Below, one piece after another: positions 11,871-22,545 of a stretch of 64,000 nucleotides of DNA. The DNA is from Haliotis cracherodii (Eukaryota), in NCBI RefSeq assembly GCF_022045235.1, contig NW_027266341.1:57288001-57352000 (forward strand), read 5' to 3'. The translations under genes and the position numbers were made by a program. Every line of letters begins with the position of its first letter. The stretch's first letter is position 1. Under the pieces are notes generated by a model that was not told the origin of the DNA, made no database searches, and saw only the letters and a program-made list of their open reading frames with translations.

Positions 11871-12641
11871 ATTTTTACTTTTTATCACATCTTTTCTTAT
11901 TATGTTCAGGCTTGGCCATGACTGCCTATGACGTGGTCGTCTGCTCGTACATTCAGTCACTGGTTTGTCTGGTCGATAACGGTATTTAAAGAGCGCCGTG
12001 ATAAAGCTGGAATATTGCAGAATGCAGCGTTCCCTCGCTCAGTCACACATTCAGTTATGAACACGTGATGTAAATACCCATGCGAAGTGAGTGAGTGAGT
12101 TGGGTTTAACGCTGCTTTTAACAATATTCCAGTTATATCACGGCGTGTAAGCTAAATGTGGGACGGGTATGGTGCTGACAAACCAAGAAACATAACCGGG
12201 GCGAACCGTGATTCAAACAAACCAGCCAATCAAGTGATGGACCTGAAAATCCAGTGACATAGCGCATTTACTGTTTTTTTCTTAAAACTGAAATCAATAC
12301 GTTAATCACAAACATCACGTTTGTATGAAACACATGCATCACTCGGTCTTTTAAAAGTAGCATCTGTGGAACAAATATCGAGAGCTTACTATATACCTGG
12401 TGATTAAATGGCGACCTCTCATTGGACGATAAGTTCCAGGCCTGTTTCTTAATATGTAATAATCACCGAAACATGTGTTCTCCGTGCACTTGATTCCCAT
12501 AGATAGTGTCCAGGCAGCTTGTAAGGCAGAACAGCTGATGGCCTCGAGCAGAGTAAAGGTGAGAGATGGCTGATCGAGAGATGACAATACTATTTGTAGC
12601 TCGAAACTGTCCCACATTCTTTTAGGTACATTGTTGTTCTG

Positions 12642-12918
12642 AGTGAGTCAGTTGGGTTTTACGCCGCTTTTAACAGTATTCCAGTTATATCGCGGCATGT
12701 CAGCTTAATGCTGAAGGAAAGCCCGAAGTGATGCAGGTCTCAGACGTTTACCACTTCGGTGAAACCCACGAGCACGGGTATGGTGCTGACAAACCTAGAA
12801 ACATAATCGGGGCGAACTAGGGTTCGAACCCACAATCATAGGTTTCTGGCGTGCCCAAGGGCCGCAACTCTGCATAGCGAATCGCGGCGCCTTAGACGAC
12901 TGGGCCACGCGTGCCCCC
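12642..12918 (-). mobile_element. tRNA-derived SINE family B
   Basis: A box GTGGCCCAGTCGTCTAAGGCG, B box GGTTCGAAC, (ACTC)n tail; 13-bp TSD CATTGTTGTTCTG. Other copies at ~26452-26678, 48977-49267, 53179-53402, 60416-60650 and 62059-62331. Confidence 0.85.
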
Positions 12919-13242
12919 CATTGTTGTTCTGGATAACATGTATACAATATACACGTCTGATAAGCATGTTTGTTTTTGTTTGTTTGTTTGTTGTTTAACG
13001 CCGCACTCAGCAATACTCAAGCTATATGACGGCGATATCTGTAAATAATCGAGCCTGGACCAGCCTGACCATCCGATCCCGTTAGTCGCCTCTTACAAGC
13101 ATAGTCCCTTTCACCGCAAGCATGGGTTGCTGAAGATCTATTCTACACCGGATCTTCACGGATCCCAATATGCATGCACATAGCATATGGATAATAGTTT
13201 AGTTCATTTAAGTAATGTGTTTTCTGTCAAATCACACAGAAC

Positions 13243-13348
13243 TACGGAAGCGTAGTGGGGCCACGGTGAATTTTTTGTTTGTCGAAGTCCTACGTAGGAG
13301 ATACTTCGACAAAAAAAAAATTCACCGTGGCCCTACTACGCTTCCGTA
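13243..13348. mobile_element. Palindromic MITE with TACGG...CCGTA ends and 6-bp TSD (IS3EU-like)
   Basis: 46-bp near-perfect inverted arms; TSD CAGAAC at 13237-13242 and 13349-13354. Confidence 0.7.
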
Positions 13349-13378
13349 CAGAACGGACAGGCTGAAATTTTATGTATA

Positions 13379-13501
13379 CTACTCAAAAGAAGTTAAGGAT
13401 CACCCGATTCTTCCATATTACAATAGTTAATCTCTCATGCCATGACAGATTAACATTACCAATATGAAAGAATCGGGTGATCCTTAACTTCTTTTGAGTA
13501 G
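13379..13501. mobile_element. Palindromic Tc1-like MITE
   Basis: Arms CTACTCAAAAGAAGTTAAGGATCACCCGATTCTT / AAGAATCGGGTGATCCTTAACTTCTTTTGAGTAG flanked by TA. Confidence 0.75.
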
Positions 13502-15201
13502 TATATTAAAAGAATTAAGCTTTTCGTTGAGAAAAAAATAAAATGCCTGCCACAAAAATGGGCCAGTATAAGCAGTCATGCTCACACACTGACGTGAATG
13601 TTTTGCACGTCACTATGTAAGTGATATAATCTTGAACGCGACGTAAAACCCCATTTCACCTCACCTGTCAAATCACGCAGAACGATAGTCAAGAACATGG
13701 GCGGTACGATGTCGCCAAAACGCAACGCTCCGGCTGCTCATTTACCCGGAAAAACACAAGGTTGACTCAGTGTCGTGTGACTGGAGAACGAGAGAGGTGT
13801 TCAACAGTTCAACATACTTTCTTCAGTACACGCACGTGAGATCTATCTTATATATTGTCATAACACACTTTTCCAACAAATCGGTAACATACTTACTTAA
13901 ACTCATTGCTCAGAACGAGCTATTTACTTTTGGTTTCACTTCCGGGTGTGTTGATGCTATGATTTCTGTGTCTGTTTGTATTTACACGTGGTTGTCGTCT
14001 GATTGTAGCTATGATATACCGTATTGTGTAAATTATGTTATAGTGTATAAAACACCAGTTTAGGGATTAAAATGTCCCTCTGACGGTGAGAATATATCGA
14101 TAACCTGCAACGATTGTCAAAGGACACGACTAATGTCATCGTCATCGTCATCGCGTCAGGGCGTGATCATAATATCAGTCACGGGTTTGTCAGGCCCAGA
14201 CTCGACTTGTGGCAGGTCCCCGTTGAATAGCTGGAATACTAAGTTTTGATTGATTGTTTATTTGTTGTTTAACGCCGCACTCAGCAATATTCCCGCTATA
14301 TAACGGTGGTCTGTAAATTAATCAAATCTGAAATGTCAAATATTTCGAAACTTTATCGACCCTTTTGCACATATTAATCGTGGACACAGAAGTGTTTATC
14401 CATTGCATAAGTCGCAGTTACGACACGTAATGTACGTGTTGTGTGAACATACAGGTGGCTCACATTAAATCCACGTGCATGGTTGTTACTATTTGTTTTT
14501 TGTTGTTGTTTATTTGTTGTTTAACGCTGCACTCAGCAGTATTCAAGCTATATGACGGCGGTCTGTCAATAATCGAATCTGGATTTGACAATCTAGTGAT
14601 CATCGTTCCATGAAGTTGGGATACGATGACATGCATCAACCAAGTCAGCGACCCTGACCACCCGATCCCGTTAGTCGCCTCTTACGACAAGAATGGTTTG
14701 CTGAAGACCTATTCTATCCCGGATCTTCACGGGTCACTTAGTTTTGAAAAGTTGCACGCCCGATGGTCGGAAGTTACTAAGATGATAATCCCCCACTTCA
14801 TTGTTATTTTCTGAGAACTATTTTGTTACTTGTGTTCGTTAGTCATGAAAACTTTGGACTGACAACATTTTATCTGGTCTGGTTTCTTTGCAAATTTGCC
14901 AGGCTGAATCCATACAATCTAGACCATATATTAGCCATTCTAGATCGTTCTTTTGTTCAGGTTTCAAATTTTTAAGCGAAAATTTGTCACAAAATGTTTC
15001 GTAACGTAGTCGCCAATTTGAAATTAGTGCCGTAAAGCACGAGAAAGCTGCCTTCTGATTGACTAATGACGACTTCTTGTCAGTAATTCCATTGGTCGGT
15101 CAGAGTTTGCGAAAGGTCGGTCTGACGTGACCCGTAATGGGATGCCCTCAGATCCTTGTTTAACGGCGGCGAGAACTAAGATCTGATTTTAATGAGATTT
15201 A

Positions 15202-15346
15202 GGGGCATGTAACGCAAATATAGCAGCTGCAAAACATATGGTCACACCCAGTGTCAATTTACTATATAAAGGATCCTTTTATATAGTATACTGACACTGG
15301 ATGTGACCATATATCTTGGAGCTGCTATTTTTGCGTTACAAGCTCC
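15202..15346. mobile_element. Palindromic MITE with 9-bp TSD (Mutator-like)
   Basis: Foldback centred on GGATCC at 15271-15276; TSD TGAGATTTA / TGAGGTTTA (1 mismatch). Confidence 0.65.
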
Positions 15347-15514
15347 TGAGGTTTAAGTAATAAGCTTTTTTCCCTTCCTTTCGAGTTATCTCCCTTCACA
15401 ATTTCTTTTCTTAGCTTTCCCTGATGGACGTTTTACAAGTGAGTGGTAAACTTTGTGTTGTTTTCTAGCGTGTATTACTGTTGTCTACGTAAAGGTGGCG
15501 AGACAAGTTCCAAG

Positions 15515-18500
15515 ATGATGAAACTGTTGACGTTCATTGCTGGAGTAAGTGTTGTCGCTGCCCTTGACAATGGCTTAGCTCGCACTCCACCAATGGGGTG
15601 GTTGTCATGGGAACGCTTTAGATGCAACCTTGACTGCAAAAATGACCCGGACAATTGTATCAGGTAAGTAGGCCATTACATATCTTTCTATCGTTTTATC
15701 GCGGTTTGATTACTGATTTTATTGTTGTGTGTTAAATATCTTTTGTAAAGTGTTGTACCGCGGGTGCATCGATATTCTCCGCCCGCCAGGCAGAAGCAAA
15801 TATTATCGCCATTTTCAGTGATTTTAATAGAAATGAGTGAGTTGTTTCTTTGAATAGTTATTGCACAGTGTGTAAGCTTAATGTATATGTGGAAGCATGG
15901 CTTCAAGTTGTATAAGTCTGAGACTTAACCACGGGTATGATCCTGACTCAACTAGAATCATAATCAGGGCTATTCATAGGATCCTGACACGCCTAAGGGA
16001 CGTAACTCTGCACAATGAACAATATGTATTTACTCACTCGAACACCACCTATTGACTCACTCTACACCATTTCTGAGATGTTTAGCTGAAAGATCAAAGG
16101 CGCCAACTGTACTTTATCCCTGGGGTTAAGTACACTTGTTGTGCAACGTCATAATAGGCTGACGTCATGAGGCTGTTCAATTGACCTTGCCCGTGATCTG
16201 ACATATTATTTGAAAGAATGAATGAACTGGCGTAGAATTATTGAGATTTTGGTCTATTTCAGTGAGAACCTGTACATGAGAATGGCGGACATCATAGCGG
16301 CGGAGGGATACAAAGACGCGGGTTACCAGTATGTGTGTGTAGACGACTGTTGGCTGGCGAAGTCACGTGACAGTAATGGTCGCCTGCAGCCCGACCCAGA
16401 TAGATTCCCGCATGGCATGAAAGCATTGGCTGACTATGTAGGTGGTCGCATTATCTGACAATAAAATTCAAAAAGGGATTGAGCATATCGAACGATGTCA
16501 AAATAAATATAACATTTTATTCCCCTCATTCATTTTGGAAAAGATGATTGCTTCAAGTTCAGTGATTCACTGTCCACGTTATTAGCTTCATTGAAACAGA
16601 GACCATATTTACAGATATATGGTCTCTGATTGAAATCATGTAAAAATGTATCCCCATTTATGCATTAAATTAATCATTCATTTTTCAAACCAGGATATTT
16701 CCTCTTGTCCATCAATCCTAAATATTGAATGCTACAGGTCCACTCTAAAGGCCTAAAGTTCGGAATTTATGAGGACGTCGGATCGGAAACTTGCGCTAGG
16801 TACCCTGGGAGTAGAGGTCATTATCAGACTGATGCGCAGACATTCGCTGAGTGGGGGATAGACCTGTTGAAGTTTGATGGATGTAATATTAAACCAGAGG
16901 ACTTTGCTGAAGGTGTGTATTAGGGATGAAACGGTACACCAAGGCCACTATACGATACGTATCACGAAACGCATATTAATGTGAAAGCGCATTCTTAAAT
17001 ATTTCATGAGCAGGTTCAAGAGGAAAAGCTAGCTGCAGACACATGTTCGTAGCTGCTATTTTTGTAATCATCCACCATCTCCCACTGGATCAGACGACCC
17101 GTGAAGATCCGGGGTAGAATAGGTCTTCAGCAACCCATGCTAGCCGTAAAAGGCGACTATGATTGTCGTAAGAGGCGACTAACGGGATCGGGTGGTCAGA
17201 CTCGCTGACTTTGTTGATGCATGTCATCGTATTCCAACTGCGTGGATCGATATTCATGATGTCACTCACAGGATTGTCTGGTCCAGACTCGATTATTTAC
17301 AGACTGCCGTCATATAGCTGGAATATTGCTGAGTGCGGCGTTAAACAACAAACAAACAAAACAAACAAACACTGGATCAGACTCGATTATATATATTTGT
17401 TTTGCTTTATCACGCATATTTATCATTTTTCAATATCATTGACAAGACTTCAGTTGATAGCGCATCTACCCGACATAAATGACCAGAGCCGGCTGACCTA
17501 TAAACTCGTTCTTGTTGTCAAGGTTACAGTGAAATGGGATTTTACCTGAACAAGACGGGTCGGCCAATCCTGTACTCGTGTGAGTGGGCGATAGGCGACA
17601 TCATGCACGGCCGGGAGGTAAGCCTCTTCATCGACTGTCTCCTACACATCTCATCACTACTGTACCTTGCTCAGACACTATATCGACCACCAGTAGGACC
17701 ACGTACACCTCAACTGTTTATTATAACCGTTATAAATATTTTCACCTGTAATCAGCTTAATAACTGGATTGTCTCGTCCAGACTCGATTACTCACAGACT
17801 ACCGTCATGTAGCCTGAATACTAGTATTACTTCTACTTCTACTTGCTACTAATACTACTATCGCTTCTACTACTACTACTGCTACAATTATTGCTACTAC
17901 TACTACTTAACTGACTTTAAAAGCCCAGTTTCCACCCTTGACGAACTAGGCTGGAATTCCTGGGCTCTATCGTAGCGCCACCAGTGGCTGTTACGAGTTA
18001 TGTCCCTTTTATGCCTCTCCTATGGACCTATCAGATTCCACCTCTCGTGTCACTTGCATTGGCTTCAAACAAAATGGCGGCGACCAGTCAAGACGATCTG
18101 ATCGATAATCAAGATTTATATTGTGATAAAACTGGTCTTACATCGCGAAGTGTATCAAATCAGTAAATTTGGACTCGTGATTGATTAGTTTTGATTTGCA
18201 GGTGAAGGGTGAACATGCACTGGTCCCAGTGAACCTTTCCCGAGTTTAAACCTCTGATCTTTTTCACGCAATCGCTCTCTTTAGGCCAACTATACTGCAG
18301 TGATGGAGGTGTGTAATACGTGTAGGAATGCCATAGACCTCAACGATCAGTGGGAAAGTATAGTCAGGATCTTCAACGTCTACGCCAAAAACGTCGGCAA
18401 CTTCAGCAAAATAGCCGGGCCCGGGGGCTGGAATGACCCGGATGAGGTAAGAATAACTATTCAACATTTTTTGGGAAAAGAAAATGTGTTCAAGTTATCA

Positions 18501-20695
18501 ATAACTAAATATGTTGTAATCGTAAATATAATAATGATGATATGGCTTTTGAAACCTATATCAGTAGGAATTACGGAATAGAGTAGGCAGCTAACAGTCC
18601 GTGCTCATGGTAAGAGTCTGATGTTTGATTTTCTGGGGGATCCTGGGAGTTTTTATTGTGATTTCTTTTCTTGCTTCGGAAAAACACATTGCAGCAATGC
18701 AATTCAGTTGCAGAATTGTTCTTTTCCCCCCAATAATATGAAGCATAATTGTCATTTTCAAGAATCCCAGCACCGCTGATACCCGTGATTTAATTATCCT
18801 GAAGGTAATTTATGCGGTTAACCTCTAAACTGCCGTACAAATGAAATTATACACTAATTAATTGGATTTGACTAAAATATTACAAACGTTATCGAAACGT
18901 TACAAGGCTGCAAACTTAGGGTTTAAAAACACAACCATGATACTCGTATCAAATACATCACCGTCGAATAACCATTTTTAGCCGGCATCAAACATGGATG
19001 TATACTTTCTTTTAGTTTAGTATGGACGTCGCGCGTTATCCTTCACAACGCCGGTAACCAATGAATTAAATTTGAATCCCGGTACGATCCGATTACATTT
19101 CTTGGTTTGTCAGCACCATACCCGTGCTCGTGTTGTTTTTTTGTTTGTTGTTTAACGCCGCAATATTCAAGCCATATGACGGCGGTCCGTAAATAATCGA
19201 GTCTGGACCAGACAATCCAGTGATTGACATCATGAGCATCGATCCACGCAATTAGGATACGATGACATGCATCAACAAAGTCAGCGAGCCTAACCACCCC
19301 ATCCCGTTAGTCGCCTCTTACGACAAGCACAGTCGCCTTTTAGGGCAAGGATGGTTTGCTGAAGATCTATTCTACCCCGGATCTTCACGTGTGTCACGGA
19401 ATCGAAAAAACCCGTCTAAGACTTGCATCGCTTCGGGTTTTCCTCCCACATTTAGCTGACACAGTACAGCATACAAAACACTCCTACCATGCAGAAGTTT
19501 CACGCCTTTCTTATGTGTTTCCAGCTAGTGATAGGCGACTTCTCACTCAGTCCTGACCAGGAACGAACACAGATGGCGCTGTGGTCGATGTGGGCAGCGC
19601 CACTGCTCATGTCTGTAGACCTACGTAACATCCGGCCGGAGTCCAAGAATCTCCTTCTCAACAAAGGACTGATTGCTGTCAACCAGGACCCGCTAGGAGT
19701 CCCCGGATCTGTTAGAATGACGGTATGTCTTGATTTGATTTTTGTGTGACTTGATGAGATTCTACTGTACTCGCATTTTGTACTTGAAAATACATATATG
19801 AATGATAAGGGTCCCCATGGGTGTCTTTTAAGTTTTGGGAAACTTTAAAATATTAATATGAAAATTGTCCAAATGTTCAGATACGTAGGTAAGGCGAAAA
19901 TGAGCATGAGTCAAAGATTTGATCATGTTCAGATAAACTAAACTACGGTTATAACGAACAGGCTTATAACGAACTGATGGATATAACGAACTTACTTTTT
20001 AGTCCCGACTATTTGCTGTAGTTATGCTGTAGTTATGCTGTATATATGCTTATAACAAACTACGGTTATAACGAACTAAAATTAGTAGTCCCTTTGAGTT
20101 TGTTATAACCGTAGTTTACTGTATTGTAAACATACATCCTGAAAACCACCATTTTGACACACTGTATCTTTGCCTATGAATTAAGTGTTGTCAGAAGTCC
20201 CAAACATTCAATTGTTGAAATGCACAAGACTGTCATTCAAATGATCAAACTTTTATAACAATTTCTATTGTTTTCCTTCAATTGTTAAACCTTCTGATCA
20301 AAAACGGTCCTTCTCCTACATCGCCATAACACAGTGGATGCCAGAGGATGGTGTTAATACTTCAAGTCGCCTTTCAGCTTGTGCCTGTGACGTGACGTCC
20401 AACGCTCTCAATGTTCTTTTCTTTCTATCTGTTTCAGATTGACCAGTTTTCCATTTGGACTCGACCTGTCGTCCCCAAAGGAAGCGTTGCCACAGTTTTC
20501 TTTAACCAGCAGACAGGCGGTACTCCGCGGAATATCTCAGTGCCAATGTACCTCCTCGTAGATGGCACGGCATCTCACTACCTCATCACTGATACATTCA
20601 CGGGGTCTAAACTAGCAAGGCTAACGTATTTGCAGTCCTTGACAGTGCGTGTTAATCCGACTGGTGTTGCCATGGTAAAGATGACCCCAGCGTGA
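15515..20695 (+). CDS. GH27 alpha-galactosidase-like paralogue 2 (~403 aa)
   Basis: Exons 15515-15663, 16263-16437, 16738-16912, 17523-17617, 18285-18446, 19525-19722, 20438-20695; GT-AG and in phase. Signal peptide, [47 protein letters not shown]. Confidence 0.95.
17096..17369 (+). mobile_element. SINE-like family A, full length
   Basis: GACCCGTGAAGATCC...TTAAACAACAAACAAAC; perfect 13-bp TSD CACTGGATCAGAC. Confidence 0.9.
19939..20121. mobile_element. pogo/Tigger-like MITE family D
   Basis: TIR (CAG)TAAACTACGGTTATAACGAAC with internal TTATAACGAAC repeats; same family as 27165-27339, 28360-28523 and 45494-45668. Confidence 0.8.
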
Positions 20696-20907
20696 TGATT
20701 TTGGGAGAAGGATTAGACCACGATTGTATGTCCCAGATTGATCAGCAATAGAAATGTCATCAAGACTGTCCCACTGAGACTTGACTCAACAGTTTTCATA
20801 AGCATTTCACCTGGCTGTATATATATATATATATTCTGAAGGATGCTGATGTCATCACTTGAAACACTGACTGTTGCTTCATGCCAATTTATGCTCAAAT
20901 AGGCGAG

Positions 20908-21330
20908 GGCTATAGCAGTGGTTATTGCTGTGGCTGTAGTTGTGGCTGTGACTGTAGCTGTGGCAATAGCTGTGGTTGTGGCTGTGGTTATTGCTGTGGC
21001 TGTGGCTATGGTTATTGCTGTGGGTGTGGTTATGGCTGTGGCTGTGGCTGTGGTTATTGCTGTGGCTATGGTTATTGCTGTGGCTGTGGCTATGGTTATT
21101 GCTGTGGGTGTGGTTATGGCTGTGACTGTGGCTGTGGTTATTGCTGTGGCTGTGACTGTGGTTATTGCTGTGGCTATGGTTATTGCTGTGGGTGTGGTTA
21201 TGGCTGTGACTGTGGCTATGGTTATTGCTGTGGCTGTGGTTATTGCTGTGGCTGTGGCTGTAGCTATGGTTATTGCTGTGGCTGTGACTGTGGCTGTGGT
21301 TATTGCTGTGGCTGTGTCTGTGACTACTAC
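20908..21330. repeat. Compound hexamer repeat (GCTGTG/GTTATT/GCTATG/ACTGTG)
   Basis: Directly visible; begins ~210 nt after the paralogue 2 stop codon. Confidence 0.95.
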
Positions 21331-22235
21331 ATGTTCCGCGGAGTGCAAACTTTTTATTGCTTTTCTCCTTAACGATGTTTGTTTCTTGCTTAACGCCGCG
21401 CTGTAATATGTGAATTACTTTCTAAATAGTTGGATGGTTTGTTGTTTTACGCCGCTCTCGGCAATATTCCAGCTATATGAAGGCGTTCTGTTAATAATCG
21501 ATTCTGGACCAGACAATCTAGTGATTGACATCATGCGCATCGATCTACACACTTGGGTGCGATGACATGCATCAACCAAGTCAGAGAGCCTTACGACGAA
21601 GACCAATTCTAACCCAGATCTTCACGGATCCATAACAATATATGACCATTTTCAAGACAAGCGTCAGTCCTGACACCGTTTATACGGAGGGAAACCTCAC
21701 CGTCCGAATGGTTACCCTTGGGATTACTCACATGTATATAAAGTAAAAGTATAGGGCTCCAGGAACCTGAACGGCGGCGGTCCCATTGATTTGTTTGTTT
21801 GTTTTGTTTGTTTGTCAACAATATTCCAGCTAAATGAGGGCGGTCTGTAAATAATCCAGCCTGGACCAGATTGACATTTTGAACTACCCCCCACGCCGTC
21901 AGGCCACTATCAACCAAGTCACCGATCCTGACAATCCATTTGGCCGCCTTTTAGGGGGAGTACGGTTTGATGGGGATCACTACTTCTAACCCAGAAACCC
22001 CCCATGTTGTTAAAATGACGTCATTGCAGTGACAACGAACTGTTCCGAGTGTACTGAGCTTACTTGTAACGTGTTTCTAAACAATGCCTACAAATTATAT
22101 ATCATTTTTCGGCATTCACTGGAAATGGGAGCTGCTAGGGTATTGATGCAGCGATGTATAGTGTAGTTGTAAAGGAGAGTGTTTTTTACATTAAATACAT
22201 TCTCTATGAAAATGTAATCTTGAAGTTCATGGTTA

Positions 22236-22545
22236 TTATACCCCGCCACGAAGTGGAAGAGGGATAAAGGAATGGGTACTGCCCTGTCGTCCTTCCGTCC
22301 GCCCGTCCGACAGGTTTCGTTTCCGGGGCAGAACCCCCAAACCATGGGAGACTTGACATGAGACCAGACTTGGCACATAGATAGTTTCGGAAAAAATATT
22401 TTTCGAGTTTCCATGACAACGACTTTGACTAAAAAGAGCGGGAGTTCTCTTTTCCGGAGCAGATCTTGAAAACAGCACAATATTTCTTGCCTTACACACA
22501 ACCGGACATATCATATAGGCGGGGGATAGTATTTCATGCTTGTTT
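22236..22545 (+). mobile_element. Helentron-associated (HINE/DINE-1-like) non-autonomous element
   Basis: 5' TTATACCCCGCC subterminal IR, short hairpin CCACGAAGTGG, (GTCC)n-like tract, 3' GGCGGGGGATA IR followed by a short palindrome and T-rich end. Confidence 0.6.

Noticed and set aside
17211-17549. Recurrent short ORFs such as MVRLADLV.../[21 protein letters not shown]
   Set aside because: Translations of family A SINE copies, not protein genes.
20713-21406. Val/Ala-rich and Thr/Ala-rich long ORFs as genes
   Set aside because: By-products of a stop-free hexamer repeat; no splice or domain support.
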